A stretch of DNA of 64,000 nt. Origin: Candidatus Saccharicenans subterraneus (lineage in GTDB: Bacteria > Acidobacteriota > Aminicenantia > Aminicenantales > Saccharicenantaceae). The stretch spans positions 23,681 through 87,680 of the forward strand of contig QUAH01000008.1 in assembly GCA_003426165.1 (NCBI GenBank), given 5' to 3'. The stretch's first letter is position 1. Every line of letters begins with the position of its first letter. The position numbers and the translations under genes were made by a program. Positions 49,251 to 60,612 of this stretch are shown in pieces. The notes under the pieces are model-generated. The model was not told the origin of the DNA, did no database searches, and saw nothing but the letters and a program-made list of their open reading frames with translations.

Positions 49251-51947
49251 TCAGTCGTCATCGTCCTGGACCACGGTCACCGCCCAGTCCGGGTAGGGTT
49301 CGGCCGGGCCCCGGACCGAATGCCAGATAATCTTGTTGAGCACCGTTTCCGGGCAGGCATCAATCCTGCGGAAATTAAGCCTGGCCGAGATAATGGCATT
49401 CTTTCTAAGCAGCCTATCACTGATCCTTTTCGGCTCGGGGTTCAACTCGTCAAGGGGAATGCGATTGGGCACCGCCGTAAAGGGTCTGAAGTCGGGTTCG
49501 TCGGTGAAGCAATCGAACATCGGGGTGGCCGTGGCGTCAAACTGGTTCATGGGCGGCAGGCCCAGGATCTGCTCGATGGTCCGCAAAACACTGGTGGTGT
49601 TGTAATGGGTACTGATGACAGCTCCTCTTTTAACGTAGGGCCCGGCCATGTAAGCCGTCGTCCGGTAGCCGCTGACGTGGTCAAAGCCGTTCTGCGGGTC
49701 ATCCTCGATGGCAATTATCACCATCTCTTTCCAGAAACTGCTGTGGCTCAGGGCCTCGACGATCTGGCCGAAGGCCAGGTCGTTATCGGCCACCGCCGCC
49801 CGGGGCGTGGGCATACCCGCCCTGGTCCCGCTGGTGTGATCCACCGGCAGGCAGACCAGGACCAGTTGCGGCATTTCTCCCTTTTCTTCCCATTCCCTGA
49901 TTTTGTTCTTTATAAAGCGGGCCCGCCAGACGTCCGGGACATCCATGTTCCAGCCGACGTAGCCGGTTGAAGTGAAGGAGGCGATGGAAGGAATACCCGG
50001 CTTACTGCCGATCCTGACCTCGCCTTTTCCGTGCAGGTACTCGTGCCAGAAATCCAGCCAGCCCGGTTCGCCGGGGCGTTTGGGGTCAGCCCAGCCGCAG
50101 TCGGGCATGGCAAATTCGCCGAAATTCCAGAGGCTGACTCCGTTCTTCAGGCAGTTATCCCAGATGAAACCGCTGGGAGCGTAGGCCAGGGCGTCAACCT
50201 CGTCCGGGCCCATGCCGTCGGGGTAACTCCGGGGCCAGCCGGCAAACGATTTTTCTATGTAATCTGTGCCGAAAGCGGTGGTCGACCACTGGTGTCCGTC
50301 GGCACTGAGGATGCCGCTGCAGTAGGTGTTGTCCAGCAGGATAAACTCCCTGACCAGCCGGTGCTGGTTGGGCGTTACCTCTTCTCCAAAGATGCAGAGC
50401 GAGGGGTTGCCGTTGCCCTCGGGCACATCGCCCAGGATCTGGTCATAAGTGCGGTTTTCCTTGATGATATAGACCACGTGCTTGATGAGCGACGGTTCAC
50501 CGATTCTTTCCGGCACCGGCCTGGGCCGGGCTCCGGCCCTCGGTTTTTTCAGGGCTTCGCTGATTCTTTCCCGGTGGAAATTGGCCAGGACCTTTTTGGT
50601 CAGCCCGGCCAGCTCTTTTTTCCCCGGCAGGTTGAAGACCGAAAGGGACCCGTAGTATTGATGGGTGTTAAAGCCGGTCTGCCCGGTTGAGTCGTCGGTT
50701 CGCGGCCGGTCGGGCAACCCCTTGATGTTGGCCACCCATAGCCGGTTGAGGTTTTTATCCCAGGCCAGGACTCCGGGAAACCAGCCGGCCGGGATAAGTC
50801 CTTTAAGCTGAGATTTTTTCTTTTTAGGCCTGAAGTCGACCACGGCCACGGCGTTCTGGGTACCGTTGGCTACCAGCAGTGTGTTGCCGTCCGGCAGGAA
50901 GCACAGGGCGTTGGGTGAAGCCCCGAACAGGTCGGCCGGGCCGCGCTTGACCCAGATGGTCTCAACCACTTCATCCTTTTCGGTGTCGATGACACTCAGG
51001 TTATCAGAAGCGGCGTTGGCGCAGACCAGGTACCGTCCGGAAGGCGAAAGGGCCAGGGCCGAGGAATGCAGGTGAACCATGATATCCTTGATTACTTTTC
51101 CCGAAGCAAGGTCGATAACGGTAACCGAGCCCTCGCTGGCAATAAATTTTTCCGGGTCAACCCTGACCACGGTCCCCCGACCGGCCGGGCCGACCAGGTC
51201 ATCCGGGCCGGGACGGCGGCCGCCCCAGTTGCTGACATAAGCTTTGTTTCCTTTAACCACCACTTCAAACGGGGCCACCCCGACCGGAAAAATTCTTAAC
51301 ACCCGGCCGGTGGCCGCTTCAACCTCCAGGAGCTGGTTGGACAGGTTGCCGCAGACATAGAGTCTTTTCCCGTCCTGGCTGAAGGCCAGGCCGGATGGAA
51401 TTTCTTCCTCTCTTCTGGGAGCATTGGCCGGCGGCAGAAGAATGGTGTGAGAGGGCCGGACCTGGCCGTCGGAATGGACGGTGAAGACCTTGAGGCTGCC
51501 GTTGACGTTACTTAAATATATGTGGCTTCCGTCCGGCGAGAAGACCAGCCCGTTGTAACTGAGCTGGCCCTTGGTGTCGGGTTCGAGGATGTTTTCGGAG
51601 ACGGTCTCGGGCAGCGGCTCGTTCTGGCTCTCCGGGGGAAGCGGCACTTTCTGCCTGATCCTCAGGTCAACCGGGTCGACTATGACCAGTTCATTACTCT
51701 TTCCCGACACGGCTACCAGCTTCCCATCGGGCGAGAGGGCCAGGCCCTGGGGGCGCAGGCCGGGCAGTTGAACCTGGAGGCCGTAAGGTTCTACCACCTG
51801 GTTAACCGGCACCACCATCCGGCCGGAAAAATCAACCCCGACCGTTTCCTTTCCGGGACCGGAAACTTTTTCTTCCCGGCAGCCGGCAACCAGCATAAGC
51901 AGAATAAGGCAAAAAATGACTGGAGAAAAAGTTGCGAATTTTTTCAT
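49251..51947 (-). CDS. Lipoprotein: YncE/YVTN beta-propeller fused to a phosphoesterase (AlkP-like) domain
   Basis: Lipobox VAGC, YVTN-like repeats, IKHVVYIIKENRTYDQ, SADGHQW, EDDPQNGFDHV. Confidence 0.85.
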   Translation of the reverse strand: MKKFATFSPVIFCLILLMLVAGCREEKVSGPGKETVGVDFSGRMVVPVNQVVEPYGLQVQLPGLRPQGLALSPDGKLVAVSGKSNELVIVDPVDLRIRQKVPLPPESQNEPLPETVSENILEPDTKGQLSYNGLVFSPDGSHIYLSNVNGSLKVFTVHSDGQVRPSHTILLPPANAPRREEEIPSGLAFSQDGKRLYVCGNLSNQLLEVEAATGRVLRIFPVGVAPFEVVVKGNKAYVSNWGGRRPGPDDLVGPAGRGTVVRVDPEKFIASEGSVTVIDLASGKVIKDIMVHLHSSALALSPSGRYLVCANAASDNLSVIDTEKDEVVETIWVKRGPADLFGASPNALCFLPDGNTLLVANGTQNAVAVVDFRPKKKKSQLKGLIPAGWFPGVLAWDKNLNRLWVANIKGLPDRPRTDDSTGQTGFNTHQYYGSLSVFNLPGKKELAGLTKKVLANFHRERISEALKKPRAGARPRPVPERIGEPSLIKHVVYIIKENRTYDQILGDVPEGNGNPSLCIFGEEVTPNQHRLVREFILLDNTYCSGILSADGHQWSTTAFGTDYIEKSFAGWPRSYPDGMGPDEVDALAYAPSGFIWDNCLKNGVSLWNFGEFAMPDCGWADPKRPGEPGWLDFWHEYLHGKGEVRIGSKPGIPSIASFTSTGYVGWNMDVPDVWRARFIKNKIREWEEKGEMPQLVLVCLPVDHTSGTRAGMPTPRAAVADNDLAFGQIVEALSHSSFWKEMVIIAIEDDPQNGFDHVSGYRTTAYMAGPYVKRGAVISTHYNTTSVLRTIEQILGLPPMNQFDATATPMFDCFTDEPDFRPFTAVPNRIPLDELNPEPKRISDRLLRKNAIISARLNFRRIDACPETVLNKIIWHSVRGPAEPYPDWAVTVVQDDDD

Positions 51948-52402
51948 TTCGCCAAACCTCTATCTGACTGATTTTCGTTTGACCCGGCTTCAAGCCACCA
52001 ACGCAGTCCCGGCTTTCTTGCGTTCCTGGAGCTCGCGGGTCGGACAGGATTATGCTATTAAAGCGGATTGAAGATTGCAAACTTTTTACATCGGGACACC
52101 CGATTCATTTTCCTCCGGTCCGGTTGGGCCCCGCACTCTCAGGCTGAAGTCATTGAGGCTGAAGTTCTCGTTCAACGGCTGGTCGGCCACATTGTTCCGC
52201 CTCGTGGCCAAAGGAAGGGTTGGCTATTAAAAATCTGTCAGGCTCTGTTCGCTTTGTTTTACAGGTTTATAAGACGGCTGGCCGCTTTATAAGATAGAAT
52301 AGATAAGTGTCCGGCTAAGAAAATCGCGCTTGCCTGTTCAAACCCCTGATAGGCTAGAATTTGCAACCGGCCCAGGCTCCGAAAAGCCCGATTCCCTCCG
52401 TC

Positions 52403-53398
52403 TCAGCGGCGAATTGGGAAGTGGGTCTCGGTTTTTTCCTCAGAGCGGTCGGTGGCCGGAGGTGGCTCCGGAGACAGGCTGGAAATTTCGCGCCTAAGTT
52501 CTTCGGTCATTTCAATCTCGACCGCGGCCACGGCGTCCTTGAGCTGGTCAACATTCCTGGCGCCGATGATCGGGGCGGTAACGGCCGGATGGCTGCCCAC
52601 CCAGGCGATGGCCAGGCTGACCGGGTGGTAACCATGCGACCGGGCAAATTCTGTAAATTTCTCGGCCACTTCAACAGTCCAGTCCTGGCCGTAGCGGACC
52701 TGGTAAATCCTGTTTTCCACCAGCCGTCCCGAAGCCGGTTTTTTATCCTGGCCGTACTTTCCGGAAAGCAGACCGGCCGCCAGCGGACTGTAAGCCAGGA
52801 CACCCAGCTTTTCAGCCTCGGCCATGGGCAGAATCTCCACCTCGGCCTGGCGCTTGACCAGGTTATACATGGGCTGAATACAGGCCACCGGGGCCAGGCC
52901 ATGGAGAGCGGCCAGTCCGATGGCCTTCTCCACCTGCCAGGCACTGAAGTTGCTCAGGCCGATGTAGAGAATTTTTCCCTGGTGAACCAGGTCGTCCAGG
53001 GCTCTCAGCGTTTCCTCGAGCGGGGTGATATCGTCGAAGCGGTGAATGAAGTAAATGTCGATTCGATCCGTACCCAGCCGCCTCAGGCTGCCTTCGACCG
53101 CGTACATGATGTGCCGGCGGTTGGCTCCCATGGCGTTAATATCAGGCCCGGTTGGAAAATAGACTTTGCTGGTGATGATGACCTCTTCCCGGCAGTCCTT
53201 GACCAGCCGGCCCAGAATTTCTTCGGACCGGCCCCTGGCATAAAGGTCGGCGCAATCGAAGATGTTGATCCCTTTTTCCCGGCAGTAAGCAAACATTTCA
53301 GCCGAGGTCTTCTCGTCGGCCTCGGCTCCGAAGGACATGGTTCCAAAACAGAGTTCCGAGACTTTAATTCCGGTCTGACCGAGATTCTTGTATTTCAT
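52403..53398 (-). CDS. Aldo/keto reductase
   Basis: LCFGTMSFG, DCADLY, SLRRLGTDRIDIY, GLSN, YSPLAAGLLSGKY. Confidence 0.93.
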   Translation of the reverse strand: MKYKNLGQTGIKVSELCFGTMSFGAEADEKTSAEMFAYCREKGINIFDCADLYARGRSEEILGRLVKDCREEVIITSKVYFPTGPDINAMGANRRHIMYAVEGSLRRLGTDRIDIYFIHRFDDITPLEETLRALDDLVHQGKILYIGLSNFSAWQVEKAIGLAALHGLAPVACIQPMYNLVKRQAEVEILPMAEAEKLGVLAYSPLAAGLLSGKYGQDKKPASGRLVENRIYQVRYGQDWTVEVAEKFTEFARSHGYHPVSLAIAWVGSHPAVTAPIIGARNVDQLKDAVAAVEIEMTEELRREISSLSPEPPPATDRSEEKTETHFPIRR

Positions 53399-55161
53399 TT
53401 TGCCTCCTCAATTTTTTCCAGGACCAGGCCGTGGCCACGCGGGTAGAGCCCGGGCAAGGAGACCGGCAACCGGCCGGAAAGCCTGATTTCACCCGCCAGG
53501 GCCATGGCCGCCAGCTCCTGGGTCTCGGGTGTATTGCGGTACAGGCACAAGTAGCCATCAACCTCTGGAAAATGCCTTAAAAAATATGGACTGCCGAAGG
53601 AAAGAGCAACCACCCTGGCCCCGGCCACTTTTAGCTTCCTGATAAATTCCGCCTGAACCGGCTCCAGGTCAACCGTGCCCTTGCCCGACCTGAGGCTGGA
53701 GAATAGGGCCGCCACCACCAGGTCGGCCTGCGAAGCGGCTGGCAGCGCTTCATCCAGCTTCTCCCGGCCGGTATCGCCGTCGGCATAGAAAACCCGGAGA
53801 CCGGGAAGGCGGCCGGCCAGTTCGGTGGCCAGCCTTCGCCCGGCATAGTAATCACCGGGGTCGCTGCTGAGTGAAACCAGCACGACCTTTTTATCCTTTC
53901 TTACCGGCAGCAGGTTGCCCTCATTCTTAACCAGGGTAATGGCCGAAGAAAATGTCTTTCTGGCTATCTCCCTGAATTCCTGTTTTCCCAGCAGCAGGGG
54001 CAGTCGCTCCAGGCTGACATAGCGCTGGCGATGCAGCCCCAGCCTGGTCTTGGCCAGAAGAACCCGCCTCAGGGATTCCTCCACCCGGCTCAGGGGCAAT
54101 TCCCCGCTCTTCACGGCCTGTTTCAGTCGCTCGATGACCCTGGCCGGGTCCAGGGGCAGAAGGAGCAGGTCCACCCCGGCCTTCAGGGCCCGGAGCGCAG
54201 CCTCTTCATCGCCAAAATAGCCGGTTATGCCCCGCATTTCCAGGGCATCGGTAACAATCAACCCCTTGAATCCCATCTGCTTTCTGAGCAAGTCGGTCAT
54301 GATCCGCGGGGACAGGGTGGCCGGCAGGCCTTCTTCGGGTTCGAGCGCCGGGATGTAAAGATGGGCGGTCATGATGGACTCCACCCCGGCCTCGATCGCT
54401 GCCTGGAACGGATACAGTTCAACTTTTTTCAACCTTTCCTGGTCGGCTTTTATCACCGGGAGCAGGCTGTGAGAATCCTGGTCGGTGTCGCCGTGCCCGG
54501 GAAAATGCTTGGCCGTGGCCATCATCCCGTGGCCCTGGCAACCCCGGATGAAAGCCCGGGTAATCCTGGCCACCTGCTCCGGGTCTTCCCCGACCGAGCG
54601 GGTGTTGATGATTGGATTATCGGGATTGATGTTGACATCGACGACCGGGGCGTAGGTCATGTGGATTCCCAGGGCCCGGCCTTCTATGGCCGTAATCCGG
54701 CCCATCTCGTAGGCCAGCTCTTCTGAATCGGCAGCCCCCAGGGCCATGAGTGGAGGGAAAAGGGTGGCCCCGGTCACCTGGTTACCCGCTCCCCTTTCCA
54801 GGTCCGAAGCTATGAGCAGAGGAACTTTGGCCAGTTTCTGAAAATGGTTGGTAAAATAGGCGGTCTCCAGGGCTTCTCCGCCAAAAAGAATCAAACCACC
54901 CAGGTGATACTTCCCGACCAGTTCTTCCAGGTTCTTAAGGTAGGGACTGTCGTAATTGAAAAATTCACCGGTATAACGGGCCACCACCAGCTGACCTATC
55001 TTTTCGTCCAGGGTCATCTTCCTGATGGTCTTTTCCACCCACTGCCGGTCGCCGGGGAAACGGTTAGCTTCATCCTGGACCTTAACCCCCGGGGCACAGT
55101 TCAGCATAAATCCTACTAAAATAGTAGGAATTAGCCAGTTCCAGCTCTTCGGCATCTTCAT
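53395..55161 (-). CDS. GH3 beta-N-acetylhexosaminidase (NagZ-type), probable lipoprotein
   Basis: DLERG, KHFPGHGDTDQDSH (NagZ motif), VTDALEM; leader ending MLNC. Confidence 0.9.
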   Translation of the reverse strand: MKMPKSWNWLIPTILVGFMLNCAPGVKVQDEANRFPGDRQWVEKTIRKMTLDEKIGQLVVARYTGEFFNYDSPYLKNLEELVGKYHLGGLILFGGEALETAYFTNHFQKLAKVPLLIASDLERGAGNQVTGATLFPPLMALGAADSEELAYEMGRITAIEGRALGIHMTYAPVVDVNINPDNPIINTRSVGEDPEQVARITRAFIRGCQGHGMMATAKHFPGHGDTDQDSHSLLPVIKADQERLKKVELYPFQAAIEAGVESIMTAHLYIPALEPEEGLPATLSPRIMTDLLRKQMGFKGLIVTDALEMRGITGYFGDEEAALRALKAGVDLLLLPLDPARVIERLKQAVKSGELPLSRVEESLRRVLLAKTRLGLHRQRYVSLERLPLLLGKQEFREIARKTFSSAITLVKNEGNLLPVRKDKKVVLVSLSSDPGDYYAGRRLATELAGRLPGLRVFYADGDTGREKLDEALPAASQADLVVAALFSSLRSGKGTVDLEPVQAEFIRKLKVAGARVVALSFGSPYFLRHFPEVDGYLCLYRNTPETQELAAMALAGEIRLSGRLPVSLPGLYPRGHGLVLEKIEEAK

Positions 55162-55273
55162 GATATTTCTCCGACTCTGATTTTAATAAGTTTCCCCCTG
55201 CCCTTCACAATCGCAGGGCCGGGCTTGAATTTCATCATATTAACCTTATGAATTCCTGATCGGTACTGCCTGA

Positions 55274-56608
55274 TCAGCTAATGTACCTGATAAAATACCT
55301 GATTACCAGCAGGAAAGATATCAAATAAACCAGCCAGTGTACCTTTCGGCCTTCTCCCCTGGCCAGCTTGATCAGGGAATAGCTAATGAATCCGAAGGCC
55401 ATTCCGTCAGTGATGCTGACGGCCAGCGGCATCACCACCACCGTCAGGAAAGCTGGAATGGCTTCGCTGATATCCTCCCAGTCTATCCGGGCCACGGATT
55501 TCATCATCAGGAAACCGACGATAATCAGGGGAGGGGCTATGACCGGGTGGAGCACCTGGTCCTTGTAGACAAAGCTCCCGCCCACCATGGCCGCCAGGGG
55601 ACTCAGGAAAAGAGCCCCGAGAAAGAGCACCGAAGTGGCCAGGTTGGCCAGGCCGGTCCTGGCCCCCTGGGCAATGCCGGTTGAGCTTTCGATGTAGCTG
55701 GTTACCGTGGAGGTGCCCAGAAGCGTTCCGACCACCGTCCCCATGGCATCGGCCAGCATGGCCTGGTTGGCCCTGGGCAATTTGCCGTTCTTGAAGAACC
55801 CGGCCGGGCCGCAGACCCCGACCAGGGTGCCCACCGTGTCAAAAACATCGAGAAAGAAGAAGACGAATATTATCGGTATCAGCCCGCTCCTGAGCGCGCC
55901 GGCAATGTCCAGCTGAAACATGGTCGGAGCAATAGAGGGTGGGGCGGCCAGCACTCCCTGGTATTTGACCACGCCGAGGGGCAGGCCAACCGCCGTGGTC
56001 AGGAGTATTCCCCACAGAAGAGCCCCGGGCACCTTCCAGGCCATCAGGACCGAGATTACCAGGAGCCCGATGAAGGCCAGGATAACCGGCTTGCTGCCCA
56101 GGTCTCCCAGACCCACCAGTACACCAGGGGTGGAAACCACGATGCCCGCATACTCCAGACCGATCAGGGCAATCAACAGTCCGATCCCGGCGGCGATGGC
56201 GTTTTTCAGACTGTCCGGGATTATCTCCACCAGTTTGCCGGCCACCCCAAACAGGGCCAGGACGGTGAAGATTACCCCGGAAATAAAATTGGCACCGAGG
56301 GCCACCTGCCAGGAATAGCCCATCAGGCCGCAGACCGTAACCGCAAAGAAAACATTGTGCCCCATGGCCGGAGCCTGGGCTACCGGATAGTTGGCCAGCA
56401 AACCGGTTAGAAGGGTGGCCAGGGCGCTGGCCAGGCAGGTAGCCACCATGACCGCCCCTCTATCCATGCCCGTCTGTCCCAGGATGGCCGGCTGAACAAA
56501 AATGATGTAGGACATGGTCATGAAGGTGGTCAGCCCGCCCAGCAGTTCTTTCCTGAGGCTGGTCTGGTTGGCCTGAAGTTGAAAAATCTTTTCCAGGGTC
56601 TCAGTCAT
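55274..56608 (-). CDS. NCS2/AzgA-family purine permease
   Basis: GLTTFMTMSYI, APAMG, FDTVGT, TSYIES..G...RTGL. Confidence 0.92.
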   Translation of the reverse strand: MTETLEKIFQLQANQTSLRKELLGGLTTFMTMSYIIFVQPAILGQTGMDRGAVMVATCLASALATLLTGLLANYPVAQAPAMGHNVFFAVTVCGLMGYSWQVALGANFISGVIFTVLALFGVAGKLVEIIPDSLKNAIAAGIGLLIALIGLEYAGIVVSTPGVLVGLGDLGSKPVILAFIGLLVISVLMAWKVPGALLWGILLTTAVGLPLGVVKYQGVLAAPPSIAPTMFQLDIAGALRSGLIPIIFVFFFLDVFDTVGTLVGVCGPAGFFKNGKLPRANQAMLADAMGTVVGTLLGTSTVTSYIESSTGIAQGARTGLANLATSVLFLGALFLSPLAAMVGGSFVYKDQVLHPVIAPPLIIVGFLMMKSVARIDWEDISEAIPAFLTVVVMPLAVSITDGMAFGFISYSLIKLARGEGRKVHWLVYLISFLLVIRYFIRYIS

Positions 56609-56749
56609 CGCCCCTCCTTGTTAGCCTCAACTTCTGTACCTCCAGCCGGCAGGACAGGTCCCGGCCGGCCGGCCTATCGTCAGAATAAATTAGCAACATT
56701 CTCAGAAATCTATAAAAAAAGATAAGTCGTTCCGGCCAGGCGACCAACC

Positions 56750-57277
56750 TCAAAACTTGACCAGGGTAAAGACCGGAACTTCGGAATGAGCCTCGTTTAT
56801 CTTCTTAACTCCTTCCAGGAAGGTTAGCTCCACCAGGGCCACGAAGGCCATCGGCCGGCCTCCGAGTTTCTGGACCAGTTCAATGGCGCTCACGGCCGAA
56901 GAACCGGTGGCAATCAGGTCATCGACTATGACCACCTTTTCCCCGGGCTGAATGCTGTCCAGGTGGGCCTCGAAATATTCCACGGCATATTCATTTGGCG
57001 CCCTGAGGCTCAGCGTCGGCCGGGGCAACTTGCCTTTCTTCCTGATCAGGCTGAACCCGGTGCGCAGCTCCCTGGCCAGGGCCGCCCCGAAAATGAACCC
57101 GCGTGATTCGATGGCCGCCACCCGGTCCGGCGAATACCTCCTGGCCACCTCGGCCATCAAATCAATGACCAGGTTAAAGGCTTCGGCGTCCTGGATTACC
57201 GGGGTTATATCCTTGAACACAATTCCCGGCTTTGGAAAATCCGGCACGTCATAGATTAGAGCCTTCAGGTCCTTCAT
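56750..57277 (-). CDS. apt: Adenine phosphoribosyltransferase
   Basis: PDFPKPGIVFKDITP, ESRGF, RKKGKLP, VDDLIATG. Confidence 0.88.
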   Translation of the reverse strand: MKDLKALIYDVPDFPKPGIVFKDITPVIQDAEAFNLVIDLMAEVARRYSPDRVAAIESRGFIFGAALARELRTGFSLIRKKGKLPRPTLSLRAPNEYAVEYFEAHLDSIQPGEKVVIVDDLIATGSSAVSAIELVQKLGGRPMAFVALVELTFLEGVKKINEAHSEVPVFTLVKF

Positions 57278-57320
57278 GAACGTTTCCTTTCGTCCAGGGA
57301 TTTTCTCCAGTTAATTAATT

Positions 57321-57788
57321 TTATTGATTCTCAAGACTGAGGTAAACCTCCGAAGTCTTGATTTTAATCAACCTGCTGTCATCGGCTTCAACGGCGATGG
57401 AAATTTCTATCATCCTTCCGGACCGGAAATCCGCCGGCAGCCTTTCCGCCCATTCCACGGCCACCACCCCGCTTTCCAGGTAATCCTCGAGCCCCAAGTC
57501 GGCGATTTCCTCCGGGTCTTCCAACCGGTATAGGTCGACGTGAACGAGGTCCACTCGCCCGCTGTAAATATTAACCAGGGTAAAAGACGGGCTGCAGACC
57601 GAATCGACCGCCTTAACCCCGAGGCCAGAAGCCAGTCCCTTGACAAAAACCGTCTTCCCGGCTCCCAGTTCCCCGGTGATCAGGACCAGTTCATCACCCC
57701 GGAGCTCGCGGGCCAGATTTTCTGCCAGCTGGAAAGTCTCCTGTTCTGAATTGGTCCTGATTTCCAGCTCAACCGATTTCCGAGTCAT
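57321..57788 (-). CDS. tsaE: tRNA threonylcarbamoyladenosine biosynthesis ATPase TsaE
   Basis: GELGAGKT, SPSFTL, HVDLYRL, VEW. Confidence 0.95.
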   Translation of the reverse strand: MTRKSVELEIRTNSEQETFQLAENLARELRGDELVLITGELGAGKTVFVKGLASGLGVKAVDSVCSPSFTLVNIYSGRVDLVHVDLYRLEDPEEIADLGLEDYLESGVVAVEWAERLPADFRSGRMIEISIAVEADDSRLIKIKTSEVYLSLENQ

Positions 57789-59355
57789 CTTCTCCACCGC
57801 TGGCCACGAACCTGATGGCTGCCGGCAGGAACTTAATCAGGTCAGTGGCGGTCAGGCTTTTTTCTCCTACTTTTTCCGCGGCCAGGTCCCCGCTCAACCC
57901 GTGAATAAAAACGGCATTGACCGCCGCCTGAAGCAGGTCCTTAACCTGCATGGCTTCCGAAGCCAGAAGACCGGCCAGGACGTCTCCGGTTCCGCCAGAA
58001 GCCATTCCCGGGTTTCCGGTCGGGTTGACCCTGACCTTCCCCTCCGGAGAAGCGATGAGTGTCCGGTATCCTTTCAAAACGAGGTGTACCTTATGCTTCC
58101 TGGCAAATTCCGGAACTATTTCCAGGCGCCTTCTCAGGATTTCAGCAGTGTCCAGGCCACTGAGCCTGGAAAACTCGCCCGGGTGCGGGGTCAGAATGGT
58201 CTTTTCAGGAAGCGAAGACAGCACTTCCGGCCTGGCGGCAATGATATTCAATCCATCGGCATCGACCACCAGCGGATTCCGGTAATTCTTGAGTCTGCCA
58301 AGTAGCTTCAGGACAAAGGCTGAGGTTGAAGGATGGGTGGAGAGACCCGGCCCGACCAGCAGGGCATCCTTGCCCTTAATTAATTCCAGCACCCGTCCCA
58401 GGGCTTCTTCCGAGATACTGCCCGAGTCTGTTTCGGCGAGGGGCTCGGTCATCAACTCTGGCATGCTCCTGGCCACCACGGGCAAACAGCTCCCGGCCGT
58501 GGCCACGGTGACCAGCCCCGCCCCCATTTTCAGGGCGGCCCGGCCGGCCATGGCCGCTGCCCCGGTCTTGCCGCGCGAGCCGGCAATGACCAGCAGATGG
58601 CCATAGGTGCCTTTGTGAGTATCGCGCTTTCTGGGCTGAAAGTATGGGACCAGGGACTCCAGCTCCACCAGTTCAAGGTTCAATCCCGGACGTTCGAATA
58701 AAAAGGGTGGCAGGCTGATGTCAGCCACCACCAGATCGCCGACATAGTCTTCGGCTGGCGGAAAGAAATGGGCCACCTTGGGTGCCCCCAGGGTCACCGT
58801 CAGGTCAGCCCGGACACAGGGCCCGATGAGTTCAAATGTGTCTGAAGACAGGCCCGATGGAATGTCAATTGAGACCACAAAGGCTCCAGAATCATTTATG
58901 TCCTGGACCACCCTGGCGTATAAACCCTGGAGCGGGCTGGACAGACCGGTTCCAAACAGGGCATCAACAATTATCGGCGTTTCTGATAGGATTTTCCTGG
59001 CTTTCTTCCAGGCGGCCTCGTCTCCGACCTCGATAACCTGCAGGCCAATCTTTCGGGCAATCTCCAGGTTCAAGGCGGCATCGCCCCGGACCTCAGAGAT
59101 TCTACCGACAAGCAAGACCGGGCAGTCGACACCCTGGTTGTGGAGATGCCGGGCCACCACCAGGCCGTCGCCGCCGTTGTTGCCCTTTCCGGCCACCACC
59201 ACCACTCTCATCCCGGCCTCCACGCCCAGTTCATTCCTTAGGACGGCCGCGACCTGCAGTCCAGCGTTTTCCATCAGAACCGGGCCGGGGATTCCAATTT
59301 CCTCGATGGCAATCCGGTCAATCTCTCTCATCTGGGCAGCGGTCAGGATTTTCAT
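57769..59355 (-). CDS. nnr: Bifunctional NAD(P)H-hydrate epimerase/dehydratase
   Basis: LMENAG, GKGNNGGDG, DALFGTG, DIPSG, HKGTYG, DADG, TPHPGE, GGTGDVL. Confidence 0.95.
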   Translation of the reverse strand: MKILTAAQMREIDRIAIEEIGIPGPVLMENAGLQVAAVLRNELGVEAGMRVVVVAGKGNNGGDGLVVARHLHNQGVDCPVLLVGRISEVRGDAALNLEIARKIGLQVIEVGDEAAWKKARKILSETPIIVDALFGTGLSSPLQGLYARVVQDINDSGAFVVSIDIPSGLSSDTFELIGPCVRADLTVTLGAPKVAHFFPPAEDYVGDLVVADISLPPFLFERPGLNLELVELESLVPYFQPRKRDTHKGTYGHLLVIAGSRGKTGAAAMAGRAALKMGAGLVTVATAGSCLPVVARSMPELMTEPLAETDSGSISEEALGRVLELIKGKDALLVGPGLSTHPSTSAFVLKLLGRLKNYRNPLVVDADGLNIIAARPEVLSSLPEKTILTPHPGEFSRLSGLDTAEILRRRLEIVPEFARKHKVHLVLKGYRTLIASPEGKVRVNPTGNPGMASGGTGDVLAGLLASEAMQVKDLLQAAVNAVFIHGLSGDLAAEKVGEKSLTATDLIKFLPAAIRFVASGGEDDSEIG

Positions 59356-59512
59356 CTTTCACCTCGGTCTTAAAGAATATTATCATAAAAAATGAACGGG
59401 GATAAAGCCACCCGTAGCGGGAACATAATTCCAGAATCGCCCCTGATCCAGGTTCTATTTTTACAGAAGCAGTCGGGCTGGGCTGAAGACTTCAAGGCCC
59501 GGTCATATTTGA

Positions 59513-59541
59513 TTGCCAAAACCCGCCATCTGTGATAAATT
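59513..59541 (+). promoter_or_regulatory. Putative sigma70 promoter of the gap-pgk operon
   Basis: TTGCCA-17 nt-TAAATT with TG extension. Confidence 0.55.
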
Positions 59542-59574
59542 TTTATAAACTCAAATTTATTATCAGAAAAATAA

Positions 59575-60594
<1,020 letters not shown>

Positions 60595-60612
60595 ACCCCG
60601 GGAGGGGAAAAA

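Noticed and set aside
42028-55161. Genomic island integrated at tRNA-His
   Set aside because: No integrase, no downstream copy of the tRNA 3' end seen, and codon style matches the core genes
56609-56749. Purine riboswitch upstream of the NCS2 permease
   Set aside because: Conserved purine-riboswitch core sequences not found by eye on the minus strand
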